From: Chrysomallon squamiferum
Taxonomy: Eukaryota > Animalia > Mollusca
Reading direction: 5' to 3'
Assembly (NCBI GenBank): GCA_012295275.1
Contig: CM022672.1
Location: 28,396,001 to 28,460,000, forward strand
Length of the DNA: 64,000 nucleotides
Below the pieces are notes generated by a model. It was not told the DNA's origin. It saw nothing but the letters and a program-made list of their open reading frames with translations, and did not search any database. Position 1 is the stretch's first letter, and each line of letters opens with the position of its first letter. Position numbers and translations under genes: made by a program. Positions 58,101 through 62,973 of the stretch are shown in pieces.

Positions 58101-60433
58101 CATTTCTGACTGAGGTAATGCCCCACAACTGACTCCAGAAAAAAAGAATGAAGTGTTTTTGCTCCCATCCCTGAATACTAAGGTATAGATCTGATAAATG
58201 GATGAAATCACAAAAAAGTAATTAAATAAACCAGATCCACAAATTACTGTAATTTAACCTAGACTACTCTGGTACTCTTATTAACATAGTTATTAGAATC
58301 TTTTTTTTTTCAGGTCCTGTAAGAGACTTTGTTCAGAATTTTTTTTTTTTTTTTAAATTAAAAAAATAAATAAACAGCTATATCCAAGTTATAATAATTA
58401 GTAATACAAATTTGAACATGAATATTTCTGTTAAAAAATCCTAACTGAAATACCTTTTTGAAAGAGACAGTAACAAGGTTGAAAAGCAGGTCAGTGAGTT
58501 TCAATCTGGCCATGAGTTTTTTCACACGTATCCAAGCAACCAGTGACTTTGATATTGTTACATCCATACCAGGATGCATCAGTTCTGAGGAAGATGTCTG
58601 AAACAGTAAATCCAAACTAATGTATCAATTTCTTAGGCTTCTTAACATTATAATTAGATCTGCAAATATACCAATACATATTCAGGTCATGCGCTATTGT
58701 TTCAGTTCAAATTATCACAGTTCTATCAAAACCATCTGAAATGTATTGCAATGGCTTTTTACTAACACAGTATTATAATTAATACAATTCCTCTCAAAAA
58801 CTGCCACTATGAACGATTAGTCCTGGAAATGCATTATCATAGCTTTATTGCAAATATAAACAATAAACTTATTCCTGATGTACTGCATTTTAAAACACAA
58901 TAATGTAAACACTCAATTCTGTATAAACATCTTGCAAAGTAGGTGTATTCCCATTGGTTGTAAAAATAACAATGAAAAACACTGTGATTAAGAAGTGTCT
59001 TTCAGAAAATATTTTACTGAAGTCTTGTTTCTGGAAAGAAAACAGTTTACAAGAGGGGGAATATCTGAAGATGTTATGGGATTGTCCTAGTCATTATTAT
59101 TATTTTTGAAAACATTTGTTTACATATTCTTTTGAATTACCATTGCCATTCTCTTGGATATCAAAATTAAGTGGCATAAGCCCTTTTTCAATTATACAAA
59201 CGTTAATTTTTTCACATGCTTGAGATAAAAATCTCAAGTTAAATTATTGCAAAGTCATTTTAAAAATCAAAGCCTCAATGTTTTCTAACCCCAATGGTCC
59301 AATAACTAGTTTTCAAGTCACTTTGAGGTTACCTGATTCTATGGTCTGAACAACCGTTAGCAACTATACAATATGATTGAAAATGAAGTTTATTTAAATA
59401 AATGATTTTAGTTTTCAGATTTTTTTATAATTTATTTGGGAGCTATCAGACCTGAAATTTCTCAACAAAACATCCAGAACTTACCTCCAGATCTCCATGA
59501 CAGCCTTCTATCTGCAGATCATCCATCAAAGCTGTGAGCAGCTGTATAGCACTGGTGCCAAGTGCCACTGAAAGAACACCAAATCCTTGGAAAGCACTGA
59601 AGAGACAAAAAGAGCTGAAAGTACAAGATAATGCATGCAACAACAGAAAACAAGAAAGAAAAAAATGGTTTTCCTATAAAGCTGTTTCAGACAGTTTCAA
59701 TTAATGGTCTTTGAAACCTGACAATATAATATCTTGCATGAGAAAATTATTTAATGACTCTTCCAATCTGTATGATACTGACAATAACTGAAGTTACAAA
59801 TGGTAAGTTAGTACTCGAATAATTTTAAAATCAGCAGACAAAAAAATATTTAAATAGCTTGACATTTATATTCATTTTTTAATAAAAGAAAAAGAAATAC
59901 AAAAATCAAGCTATTTAAATATTTAATTCTTATGTTTTACATAGAGGTACATTTGTAAGAAATAATAACCTGTAGTCTTTTTATAAATCTACAAAGATTT
60001 TAATATGGTGTGGTTTTGTGGGAAATTATTACTGATACTTGGACTATGTTATAAAGATTCAGAATGATTACCTCTTTACAGTACTTGATCTTGGCTGTGT
60101 TCCTGATTCCTTTGTCTTCTGTCCAGAGTCCTTTCCTTTGCCAGAGTCTTTTCGTTCTAGGATCATGGCTGGTGTCAAAAGCATTATTCCTTGCAGTCCT
60201 TTAAGCAGTATCCACACAGCCAAAAGATTCAGATTCTGGGCAACCTAATTAAAATGACACAAAAAAATAGCCAAATACCAAATTAAAATCAAACATTTTT
60301 TAATCCAAATTACAAAGAAAGTAAATGAATGACTATCACCTACAAGCAACACAGAAAGGAATATTTTTAAAATTAATGTCTTATAGAATGAATATACACA
60401 CACACACACACAGACACTCTCACATACATACAA

Positions 60434-60466
<33 letters not shown>

Positions 60467-62774
60467 CCAGGGCTCGAAATGGCCAGTCACCAGATTGCCA
60501 AATGCAACCGAAGTTTCATTTGGGCAACTGGGATGTTAAAAAATGATGGGTTAGTCACCAAAACAATATTATTTGAGAGACCTTTTTTTTTCTATAAGTT
60601 TTAACATAAGAGCCTCTATTAATAATTTTATTACAAGTATTTATTTTACATAAAAGGTACTCTTGTAGTTCAATAAACTGAACATATCAGTTTAACTTAA
60701 TTTGCATTTTGACGTATAAACACTAATTTTGTAGACCAGATATGCATGTAGGGGGGGGGGGTATTTGAATTAATTTGTTTGATTGCTTTGTTAAAAGTGT
60801 CTGACGAAGAAGAATTTCAATATCACATATGTTGGGCTACCAAAAACAAATTTGGCCCTCTGAATTTAGTGGCCCAAATTTGTTTTTTGGGACCAGCATA
60901 CATTTCAGATGAATTCTGAGTCCTTTGTATACACACACACACATATAAATAAAATACAAAAAATAAAGCAAAATTTTTGAAGTATATTTACCATAGTTTT
61001 GATTACAGTATTAATTTAAATACTTACATTTCCTCCACCTCTTGTTGAATTCCGAATAGTGGATGATACAGATTTGAAGATTTCAAGCTAAAATATATGA
61101 AAAAAAATTATATTTATAACACTACTGATTTCTGATATATACATGAAGAATAGGATTTTAAAACTGTTATAACTCCTAAACAATTATTTTGTCTTTGCTT
61201 TCATAAAAATAATGATTAAAAGTATTTAAAAAATATAAATAAATCTTGTATTAAAAACAAACAACAGTTTATTTAACAACTCACTGTTTTTTGCACAATG
61301 TTTCTACCATAGCTGTCAATTTCTTCATCTTTTGAACCAGAAGGCTGACTGGCTGATAGTGGTTTTACCATATTGACAATAGTGTTTGCTACAGCCACTG
61401 TAACTGAAGCATACAGACACCCCAGTGTAATGTTCACTATTTTCTCTAATCTTTTTGGGGTCAGTGGTTCCAAAGCTGGGAGAGAGAATGATCGCCAAAC
61501 AATGGAGATGTCACTGAGCAAAGACTGGAAACTATCAAAAGTCAAATAATACAATTACATGTTTGTATTTAAATCAACATAATGAATTATGCACTTTTCA
61601 GTTTTGCCTATTCAACCTTTTTTTTCTTTCTGTAAACCAATTTGTTCAGGGCAATTTAAAAACTGTATTTTTACAAAAAATAAAATAAAATTCATTTTGT
61701 AATGATAAAACTATGCAAGAAATCTTACATTCAACATTTATAGCTAAACAACTTTAAGTAATGACTAGCTGAAGATGATTCAAGCTAATCTTCATACATC
61801 AGTTTCAGAGCATTGACCCAAAATTAACAATTATATACAGATTACTGTTAATTGTTTACCCCAAGAAAAAACCATTAAAAAAAATATAAAAAAATCTATA
61901 AAAAAAAATGTAATTTTTTTTTAATGACATTAAGATATTAAAAACTACAAAAAGGAGAAGAAAAAACCTGTTTCTAGTTGTTAGTGCTTCTGAAAGTGTT
62001 CCAGGAATCAAAAATGTCTTTCCTGCTATAGCATCTTTCACTCTCTGAATGTATTTACTTAGAAATACTAAATGTGAACAAGCATTCAGAAGAATAGTGG
62101 CTCCATCCAGTTGTAACAGTATCTGAGTGTTTTTTCTGGCAAATATAGCAGTCATTTCCTCAATAGGATCATTATGCACAACTGGTGTGACACCATCACT
62201 TCCAACAACATCAACAGGACCCTCTGACTTTGAAGTGCTAGTAGAGGAAACTTCATCGAAAACTGAGGTTAACTGATCAAACAGGTTACTTCCTGTGTCT
62301 AACCGTGGTCGTTTTATTTCTTTACTTTTTGTTTCCTCTCCATCTGCAATGTAATACAAATGCTGTCACATTGACACGTTTTAAGCCAATCATTGTCACT
62401 TATTCAACACTGTCTAAACTGACAGTTTTTTGATACATGCCCTCCTTTTCACAGAAATGGCCAAAATTTAAAAAAATTGTTGTATCATCATGCACATGAA
62501 AATAGATTTTTTCATTCGAATGTAGTTTGTCAACAAAGATTCAAAATGGAGTAACTTTTTCAATAAATTTTGCATCACTGAATGTAAACAAATGAAATAA
62601 ACTGACATGGGTATTGCAGAAAGGAATTTTTTTTGTGTATAACAAATTCATACCTTCAACAACATTTGATGGTCGCTCTGCAGATTTCAGCATAGATGCA
62701 AATGTAACAACATCAGCTTTAGGTAAACAGCCATTACCTTTGCAAAGACCTTTAATCAAAATCATCAGATATTT
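223..62774 (-). CDS. UBR4: E3/E4 ubiquitin-protein ligase UBR4 (p600), partial multi-exon gene; 101 exons traced, both ends outside the window
   Basis: Spliced translation gives hallmark UBR4 peptides: UBR box [123 protein letters not shown]. Boundaries are GT-AG and the phases checked are compatible. Confidence 0.97.
651..804 (-). CDS. UBR4: UBR4 exon ([10 protein letters not shown]...MLGALNL)
   Basis: AG/GT boundaries, open frame. Confidence 0.9.
936..1075 (+). repeat. Copy 1 of a ~140-bp dispersed direct repeat
   Basis: Closely matches 4063-4202 (e.g. ACACTGAATGAAAGATGAGAGAAATCACTAATTAATTATCTTTATT). Confidence 0.85.
1234..1315 (-). CDS. UBR4: UBR4 exon ([13 protein letters not shown]...[10 protein letters not shown])
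   Basis: AG/GT boundaries, UBR4-like peptide. Confidence 0.9.
2229..2316 (-). CDS. UBR4: UBR4 exon ([20 protein letters not shown])
   Basis: Highly conserved motif, AG/GT. Confidence 0.93.
2724..2807 (-). CDS. UBR4: UBR4 exon ([22 protein letters not shown])
   Basis: Highly conserved motif, AG/GT. Confidence 0.93.
3042..3085 (-). CDS. UBR4: UBR4 exon ([15 protein letters not shown])
   Basis: 44-nt conserved exon, AG/GT. Confidence 0.92.
3327..3480 (-). CDS. UBR4: UBR4 exon (EENDVNEFF...[10 protein letters not shown]...NKICQ)
   Basis: Highly conserved motif, AG/GT. Confidence 0.93.
3487..3541. repeat. (AAT)n microsatellite
   Basis: Direct reading. Confidence 0.9.
3735..3856 (-). CDS. UBR4: UBR4 exon ([10 protein letters not shown]...[12 protein letters not shown])
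   Basis: Conserved motif, AG/GT. Confidence 0.93.
4063..4202 (+). repeat. Copy 2 of a ~140-bp dispersed direct repeat
   Basis: Closely matches 936-1075. Confidence 0.85.
4388..4561 (-). CDS. UBR4: UBR4 exon (LLSLFVEQ...[16 protein letters not shown])
   Basis: Conserved motif, AG/GT. Confidence 0.93.
4828..4909 (-). CDS. UBR4: UBR4 exon ([10 protein letters not shown]...[12 protein letters not shown])
   Basis: AG/GT, phase-compatible. Confidence 0.9.
4932..5654. mobile_element. hAT (Charlie/Buster-type) non-autonomous element
   Basis: TIRs CAATGGTTCTCAAA...TTTGAGAACCACTG, with GGCACAC subterminal motifs at both ends. Left flank ATCTAACT; ATCTAACA occurs 4 nt after the right TIR (degenerate 8-bp TSD). 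Confidence 0.75.
5935..6076 (-). CDS. UBR4: UBR4 exon ([10 protein letters not shown]...[10 protein letters not shown]...ITK)
   Basis: AG/GT, phase-compatible. Confidence 0.9.
6280..6541 (-). CDS. UBR4: UBR4 exon (GASEPG...[11 protein letters not shown]...DMLT)
   Basis: AG/GT, phase-compatible. Confidence 0.9.
6938..7064 (-). CDS. UBR4: UBR4 exon (ASSEGDN...[18 protein letters not shown])
   Basis: AG/GT, phase-compatible. Confidence 0.88.
7277..7407 (-). CDS. UBR4: UBR4 exon (VMRLFLMG...[11 protein letters not shown])
   Basis: AG/GT, conserved peptide. Confidence 0.9.
7697..7781 (-). CDS. UBR4: UBR4 exon ([11 protein letters not shown]...[10 protein letters not shown])
   Basis: AG/GT, conserved DSCWE motif. 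Confidence 0.9.
8400..9350 (-). pseudogene. Decayed piggyBac-type transposase relic
   Basis: Minus-strand fragments [18 protein letters not shown]...KTRPLSNYL and [25 protein letters not shown] match piggyBac motifs (MSR.RF..I...LH; SIDE.MI.F.GR..KQY...KP.KWG.K); acidic N-terminal stretch; stops and frameshifts; termini not found. Confidence 0.75.
9619..9801 (-). CDS. UBR4: UBR4 exon ([14 protein letters not shown]...SNPDL)
   Basis: AG/GT, conserved peptide. Confidence 0.92.
9932..10043 (-). CDS. UBR4: UBR4 exon ([19 protein letters not shown])
   Basis: AG/GT, conserved motif. Confidence 0.92.
10433..10590 (-). CDS. UBR4: UBR4 exon ([13 protein letters not shown]...)
   Basis: AG/GT, phase-compatible. 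Confidence 0.88.
10905..11033 (-). CDS. UBR4: UBR4 exon (DEVPT...[10 protein letters not shown])
   Basis: AG/GT, conserved motif. Confidence 0.9.
11275..11400 (-). CDS. UBR4: UBR4 exon ([19 protein letters not shown])
   Basis: AG/GT, in frame. Confidence 0.9.
11620..11758 (-). CDS. UBR4: UBR4 exon ([21 protein letters not shown]...EEDRKK)
   Basis: Conserved Cys-rich motif, AG/GT. Confidence 0.94.
12426..12604 (-). CDS. UBR4: UBR4 exon ([11 protein letters not shown]...CPRC...CGNC...CHKC)
   Basis: Conserved Cys-rich zinc-binding region. Confidence 0.94.
12960..13020 (-). CDS. UBR4: UBR4 exon ([20 protein letters not shown])
   Basis: AG/GT, conserved. Confidence 0.92.
13318..13382 (-). CDS. 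UBR4: UBR4 exon ([21 protein letters not shown])
   Basis: AG/GT, conserved. Confidence 0.92.
13606..13734 (-). CDS. UBR4: UBR4 exon ([10 protein letters not shown]...ISDLKRTKM)
   Basis: AG/GT, conserved. Confidence 0.92.
14828..14915 (-). CDS. UBR4: UBR4 exon ([27 protein letters not shown])
   Basis: Highly conserved motif. Confidence 0.94.
15151..15236 (-). CDS. UBR4: UBR4 exon (VREYLEKAV...[10 protein letters not shown])
   Basis: AG/GT, conserved. Confidence 0.91.
15633..15780 (-). CDS. UBR4: UBR4 exon (NSSLDEKE...[14 protein letters not shown])
   Basis: AG/GT, conserved. Confidence 0.92.
16071..16245 (-). CDS. UBR4: UBR4 exon (AEPEEVEK...[12 protein letters not shown])
   Basis: AG/GT; tandem CAGCAG acceptor makes the 5' edge ambiguous by 3 nt. 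Confidence 0.87.
16521..16733 (-). CDS. UBR4: UBR4 exon (TLPFLVKAS...SSSSSSS...KAKTE)
   Basis: Acceptor clear; donor ambiguous (GTAAGA ending the exon at 16521, GC at 16539, or GTCAAA at 16531). Confidence 0.8.
17085..17163 (-). CDS. UBR4: UBR4 exon ([19 protein letters not shown])
   Basis: AG/GT, conserved. Confidence 0.91.
17381..17554 (-). CDS. UBR4: UBR4 exon ([17 protein letters not shown]...YDTLLTM)
   Basis: AG/GT, conserved. Confidence 0.91.
17903..17950 (-). CDS. UBR4: UBR4 exon ([16 protein letters not shown])
   Basis: 48-nt conserved exon. Confidence 0.92.
18340..18417 (-). CDS. UBR4: UBR4 exon (LKKIADSMQ...WHSILSE)
   Basis: AG/GT, 78 nt; fills the gap between PYQ and YMMTQQ. 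Confidence 0.88.
18703..18870 (-). CDS. UBR4: UBR4 exon (QDKSLT...[13 protein letters not shown]...LRLPYQ)
   Basis: Conserved motif; CAGCAG tandem acceptor. Confidence 0.91.
19051..19170 (-). CDS. UBR4: UBR4 exon ([10 protein letters not shown]...LPYWKT)
   Basis: AG/GT, in frame. Confidence 0.9.
19410..19523 (-). CDS. UBR4: UBR4 exon (DLENVE...[16 protein letters not shown])
   Basis: AG/GT, in frame. Confidence 0.9.
19895..20120. repeat. ~28-bp minisatellite, about 8 diverged units
   Basis: Recurrent TAAAATACAG(A/C)ATTACATTC core, abutting the donor site of exon 20123-20230. Confidence 0.85.
20123..20230 (-). CDS. UBR4: UBR4 exon ([21 protein letters not shown])
   Basis: AG/GT, conserved. 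Confidence 0.91.
20416..22560 (-). mobile_element. Decayed 5'-truncated non-LTR retrotransposon (I/Nimb-group-like, RT + RNase H) with (CATT)n 3' tail
   Basis: Minus-strand remnants [38 protein letters not shown] and LYVDDFQ (RT); [15 protein letters not shown]...[12 protein letters not shown]; QDGNSV...FPS...[12 protein letters not shown] (RNase H). Many stops and indels. Tail reads ATGAATGAATGAATG on the + strand. Confidence 0.8.
23083..23339 (-). CDS. UBR4: UBR4 exon (SGRSSAYG...[10 protein letters not shown])
   Basis: AG/GT, conserved. Confidence 0.92.
23610..23790 (-). CDS. UBR4: UBR4 exon (STSSIEEG...[13 protein letters not shown]...GSTLRTSP)
   Basis: AG/GT, conserved. Confidence 0.9.
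24044..24100 (-). CDS. UBR4: UBR4 exon ([19 protein letters not shown])
   Basis: 57-nt symmetric exon, AG/GT. Confidence 0.82.
24158..25900. mobile_element. Non-autonomous TIR DNA transposon, 1743 bp, with 7-bp TSD (hAT-related, possibly hATw-like)
   Basis: Perfect 13-bp TIR TAGGTACCGGCAG...CTGCCGGTACCTA, flanked by AACCATG at 24151-24157 and 25901-25907; no coding capacity seen. Confidence 0.85.
26125..26304 (-). CDS. UBR4: UBR4 exon (ESNEAM...[21 protein letters not shown])
   Basis: Conserved UIM-like ELAIALSL motif, AG/GT. Confidence 0.92.
26472..26614 (-). CDS. UBR4: UBR4 exon ([12 protein letters not shown]...EIYEVV)
   Basis: AG/GT, phase-compatible; low-complexity linker. Confidence 0.83.
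27272..27380 (-). CDS. UBR4: UBR4 exon ([25 protein letters not shown])
   Basis: AG/GT, conserved. Confidence 0.91.
27835..28142 (-). CDS. UBR4: UBR4 exon (ALEVLDIE...[10 protein letters not shown]...KLLLSS)
   Basis: AG/GT, open frame. Confidence 0.9.
28381..28543 (-). CDS. UBR4: UBR4 exon (DQAQL...[18 protein letters not shown])
   Basis: AG/GT, conserved. Confidence 0.91.
28715..29040. mobile_element. Fragment of the Kolobok-like family (inverted)
   Basis: GTTTCAGCTCAAAATC.G.ATCTC.GTAACTGAT matches the reverse complement of 55.96-56.0 kb; edges approximate. Confidence 0.6.
29134..29268 (-). CDS. UBR4: UBR4 exon ([12 protein letters not shown]...YHNHK)
   Basis: AG/GT, conserved. Confidence 0.9.
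29344..29424. repeat. poly-A followed by head-to-head (AAT)n/(ATT)n palindromic microsatellite
   Basis: Direct reading. Confidence 0.85.
29489..29800. mobile_element. Terminal fragment of the Kolobok-like family (inverted)
   Basis: AGGGGACACACAGTGATGA terminus and CACTGTTTCAGCTCAAAATC block. Confidence 0.62.
29953..30019 (-). CDS. UBR4: UBR4 exon ([14 protein letters not shown])
   Basis: AG/GT, phase-compatible. Confidence 0.87.
30366..30576 (-). CDS. UBR4: UBR4 exon ([29 protein letters not shown])
   Basis: AG/GT, conserved. Confidence 0.92.
30954..31170 (-). CDS. UBR4: UBR4 exon (PAGFTLEI...[11 protein letters not shown])
   Basis: AG/GT, conserved. Confidence 0.93.
31473..31562 (-). CDS. 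UBR4: UBR4 exon ([20 protein letters not shown])
   Basis: AG/GT, conserved. Confidence 0.92.
31686..31756 (-). CDS. UBR4: UBR4 exon ([17 protein letters not shown])
   Basis: AG/GT, conserved. Confidence 0.92.
32058..32214 (-). CDS. UBR4: UBR4 exon ([19 protein letters not shown])
   Basis: AG/GT, conserved. Confidence 0.93.
32449..32496 (-). CDS. UBR4: UBR4 exon ([16 protein letters not shown])
   Basis: 48-nt exon, AG/GT. Confidence 0.9.
32707..32887 (-). CDS. UBR4: UBR4 exon (SNGSGKGG...QWSEI...[11 protein letters not shown])
   Basis: AG/GT, conserved. Confidence 0.91.
33245..33317 (-). CDS. UBR4: UBR4 exon ([12 protein letters not shown])
   Basis: AG/GT, phase-compatible. Confidence 0.88.
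33642..33726 (-). CDS. UBR4: UBR4 exon ([17 protein letters not shown]...FFSYSQ)
   Basis: AG/GT, conserved. Confidence 0.92.
33956..34180 (-). CDS. UBR4: UBR4 exon (IYDL...[14 protein letters not shown]...GPFYIT)
   Basis: AG/GT, conserved beta-propeller region. Confidence 0.92.
34424..34461. repeat. (CT)n microsatellite
   Basis: Direct reading. Confidence 0.85.
34593..34652 (-). CDS. UBR4: UBR4 exon ([20 protein letters not shown])
   Basis: Highly conserved. Confidence 0.93.
34844..34936 (-). CDS. UBR4: UBR4 exon (DCHVLTF...DHLVLHP...GNFIIK)
   Basis: Highly conserved. Confidence 0.93.
35112..35201 (-). CDS. UBR4: UBR4 exon ([11 protein letters not shown]...LAVCGLK)
   Basis: Highly conserved. 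Confidence 0.93.
35572..35823 (-). CDS. UBR4: UBR4 exon ([16 protein letters not shown]...KKKLTLT)
   Basis: Highly conserved. Confidence 0.94.
36054..36227 (-). CDS. UBR4: UBR4 exon (ESSNTV...[10 protein letters not shown]...DQLM)
   Basis: AG/GT, in frame. Confidence 0.9.
37159..37193. repeat. (GT)n microsatellite
   Basis: Direct reading. Confidence 0.9.
37838..37867 (-). CDS. UBR4: UBR4 30-nt micro-exon ([10 protein letters not shown])
   Basis: ttttcag acceptor and gtaagt donor, symmetric phase 0. Confidence 0.75.
38157..38360 (-). CDS. UBR4: UBR4 exon (SLVKRTAQ...LSEQIE)
   Basis: AG/GT, in frame. Confidence 0.87.
38710..38857 (-). CDS. UBR4: UBR4 exon, UBR-box zinc finger (YHCHTC...CAKVCHKDH...FFCDCG)
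   Basis: Canonical UBR-box Cys/His pattern. Confidence 0.96.
39057..39127 (-). CDS. UBR4: UBR4 exon, start of UBR box ([18 protein letters not shown])
   Basis: Highly conserved. Confidence 0.95.
39445..39559 (-). CDS. UBR4: UBR4 exon (NGTASP...[10 protein letters not shown])
   Basis: AG/GT, acidic stretch preceding the UBR box. Confidence 0.88.
39710..39786 (-). CDS. UBR4: UBR4 exon ([14 protein letters not shown])
   Basis: AAG acceptor, GT donor, phase-compatible. Confidence 0.83.
40064..40127 (-). CDS. UBR4: UBR4 exon ([13 protein letters not shown])
   Basis: AG/GT, phase-compatible. Confidence 0.85.
40398..40592 (-). CDS. UBR4: UBR4 exon (LVGEEVSEA...[10 protein letters not shown]...EWI)
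   Basis: AG/GT, conserved. Confidence 0.91.
40878..40957 (-). CDS. UBR4: UBR4 exon (ESEDD...[16 protein letters not shown])
   Basis: AG/GT, phase-compatible. Confidence 0.87.
41094..41135 (-). repeat. Short 3'-tail remnant resembling the (CATT)n-tailed LINE at 20.4 kb
   Basis: GAATGAATGAATGTTTTATGACACTCAAACACAGAAAAA resembles 20418-20460. Confidence 0.45.
41388..41509 (-). CDS. UBR4: UBR4 exon (AEENPDD...LCASLSQL)
   Basis: AG/GT, phase-compatible. Confidence 0.87.
41908..42003 (-). CDS. UBR4: UBR4 exon (DLYKVLL...[10 protein letters not shown])
   Basis: AG/GT, phase-compatible. Confidence 0.88.
42239..44886 (-). mobile_element. Full-length pogo-superfamily (Passer/POGK-like, DD35D) DNA transposon in a UBR4 intron
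   Basis: TA target duplication on both sides. TIRs CCGTATATACTTGTGTA(T/C)AAG at 42239 and 44886. Subterminal (G)TC(G/A)ACTTATAC repeats at about 42300, 44787 and 44846. Internal transposase. Confidence 0.95.
43142..44510 (-). pseudogene. pogo/Passer DD35D transposase (Brinker-type DBD + HTH CENP-B + DDE_1), about 455 aa once one frameshift is corrected
   Basis: The 436-aa ORF has ASPGWC..FMKRH, NMDETP, KTTGHEK, LLVWD and [15 protein letters not shown], with 35 residues between the 2nd and 3rd Asp. The N-terminus [29 protein letters not shown]...EKLVRDWRK is in another frame and joins if one base is removed from the T6 run at 44374-44379. Confidence 0.9.
45807..45913 (-). CDS. UBR4: UBR4 exon ([15 protein letters not shown])
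   Basis: AG/GT, phase-compatible. Confidence 0.88.
46142..46263 (-). CDS. UBR4: UBR4 exon ([12 protein letters not shown])
   Basis: AG/GT, phase-compatible. Confidence 0.88.
46394..47264. mobile_element. Kolobok-like non-autonomous DNA element, both termini present
   Basis: TTAA|AGGGACA...TGTCCCT|TTAA; TTAA TSD with AG...CT termini; internal sequence recurs in other introns. Confidence 0.75.
47566..47656 (-). CDS. UBR4: UBR4 exon (WCTDRGH...[11 protein letters not shown])
   Basis: AG/GT, phase-compatible. Confidence 0.87.
47992..48146 (-). CDS. UBR4: UBR4 exon ([12 protein letters not shown]...SLRHAL)
   Basis: AG/GT, phase-compatible. Confidence 0.87.
48518..48737 (-). CDS. UBR4: UBR4 exon (SCVLGE...KWNS...AGAW)
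   Basis: AG/GT, phase-compatible. Confidence 0.87.
49870..49961 (-). CDS. UBR4: UBR4 exon (ADSDPQD...LIDAY)
   Basis: AG/GT, phase-compatible. Confidence 0.86.
50290..51130 (-). mobile_element. Highly decayed non-LTR retrotransposon RT fragment
   Basis: GC-richer intronic block with the [10 protein letters not shown] motif (YRPISL of LINE RTs) and an AY..W-like remnant; frames broken. Confidence 0.5.
51328..51459 (-). CDS. UBR4: UBR4 exon (IAALP...[13 protein letters not shown])
   Basis: AG/GT, in frame. Confidence 0.87.
51577..51699 (-). CDS. UBR4: UBR4 exon (DCLVKQG...)
   Basis: AG/GT, in frame. Confidence 0.87.
51979..52161 (-). CDS. UBR4: UBR4 exon ([16 protein letters not shown]...LHTLRW...FSGWIK)
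   Basis: AG/GT, conserved. Confidence 0.9.
52446..52568 (-). CDS. UBR4: UBR4 exon (ACNILLS...LDYDELY...AGSQ)
   Basis: Acceptor clear; phase-0 donor CTG|gtgata chosen to match the next exon. Confidence 0.83.
53012..53091 (-). CDS. UBR4: UBR4 exon (PRFYNL...PKIDGL)
   Basis: AG/GT, conserved. Confidence 0.88.
53279..53426 (-). CDS. UBR4: UBR4 exon (VQWNLF...[10 protein letters not shown])
   Basis: AG/GT, conserved. Confidence 0.88.
53641..53743 (-). CDS. UBR4: UBR4 exon ([16 protein letters not shown]...EQ)
   Basis: AG/GT, conserved. Confidence 0.89.
54114..54237 (-). CDS. UBR4: UBR4 exon ([17 protein letters not shown])
   Basis: AG/GT, conserved. Confidence 0.9.
54576..54813 (-). CDS. UBR4: UBR4 exon ([11 protein letters not shown]...WPL...IWMRF)
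   Basis: AG/GT, conserved. Confidence 0.9.
55147..55232 (-). CDS. UBR4: UBR4 exon ([18 protein letters not shown]...LQ)
   Basis: AG/GT, phase-compatible. Confidence 0.87.
55460..56170. mobile_element. Diverged copy of the Kolobok-like family, same orientation as the 46394 copy
   Basis: Shares TTTTCAGATGTT..TCA.AACAC, GTTATAACAGAG.AATACTGAT and AAATTTCAGCCA blocks with 46.9-47.2 kb; edges approximate. Confidence 0.7.
56412..56494 (-). CDS. UBR4: UBR4 exon ([20 protein letters not shown])
   Basis: AG/GT, phase-compatible. Confidence 0.87.
56610..56695 (-). CDS. UBR4: UBR4 exon ([16 protein letters not shown])
   Basis: AG/GT, phase-compatible. Confidence 0.86.
57039..57229 (-). CDS. UBR4: UBR4 exon ([18 protein letters not shown]...EPDG)
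   Basis: Conserved DSEPILG-WFEET motif. Confidence 0.91.
57562..57688 (-). CDS. UBR4: UBR4 exon (AVLLRR...[14 protein letters not shown])
   Basis: Conserved motif, AG/GT. Confidence 0.91.
58454..58597 (-). CDS. UBR4: UBR4 exon (TSSSE...[15 protein letters not shown])
   Basis: AG/GT, in frame. Confidence 0.87.
59485..59596 (-). CDS. UBR4: UBR4 exon ([12 protein letters not shown]...DDLQIE)
   Basis: Conserved motif, AG/GT. Confidence 0.9.
60072..60244 (-). CDS. UBR4: UBR4 exon ([18 protein letters not shown])
   Basis: AG/GT, phase-compatible. Confidence 0.88.
60395..60467. repeat. (AC)n/(AT)n compound microsatellite
   Basis: Direct reading. Confidence 0.85.
60468..60926. mobile_element. 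Probable hAT-type MITE inserted in a TA/CA microsatellite
   Basis: Left end CAGGGCTCGAAAT; degenerate right end AATTCTGAGTCCTTTG; TATAC flanks. Confidence 0.45.
61028..61087 (-). CDS. UBR4: UBR4 exon ([20 protein letters not shown])
   Basis: 60-nt exon, AG/GT. Confidence 0.87.
61285..61531 (-). CDS. UBR4: UBR4 exon (FQSLLSD...SLPALEPLT...IVQKT)
   Basis: AG/GT, conserved SLP-LEPL motif. Confidence 0.89.
61968..62343 (-). CDS. UBR4: UBR4 exon ([13 protein letters not shown]...EALTTRN)
   Basis: AG/GT, 376-nt open frame. Confidence 0.87.
62380..62610. mobile_element. Internal fragment of the Kolobok-like family (inverted)
   Basis: TCATTGTCACTTATTCAACACTGTCT and TTTTTCAATAAATTTTGCATCACTGAA match the reverse complement of 46.53-46.74 kb. 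Confidence 0.65.
62654..62774 (-). CDS. UBR4: UBR4 exon ([13 protein letters not shown]...)
   Basis: AG/GT, conserved ILIKGLC motif; most 5' exon found in the window. Confidence 0.87.
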
Positions 62775-62973
62775 CTGAAAGAAAATTTTCTTAACAGTTA
62801 CAAAACATAACCAAATATACCAAATTCTAATTTAAATAATTATATTTCTTTTTCAATTAACTAGAAAATTATTTATTAGTATCCAGTAAGAAAAATATAA
62901 ATACTGTGCATACTAATTTTTAAAACAATTACATTCTTTCAAATTAAACAGATGAGATAGACATCATATTTAA

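Noticed and set aside
1827-60546. Numerous short plus-strand and intronic ORFs in the ORF track
   Set aside because: They are antisense to UBR4 exons, derived from microsatellites or poly-A, or AT-rich chance ORFs with no coherent splice structure.
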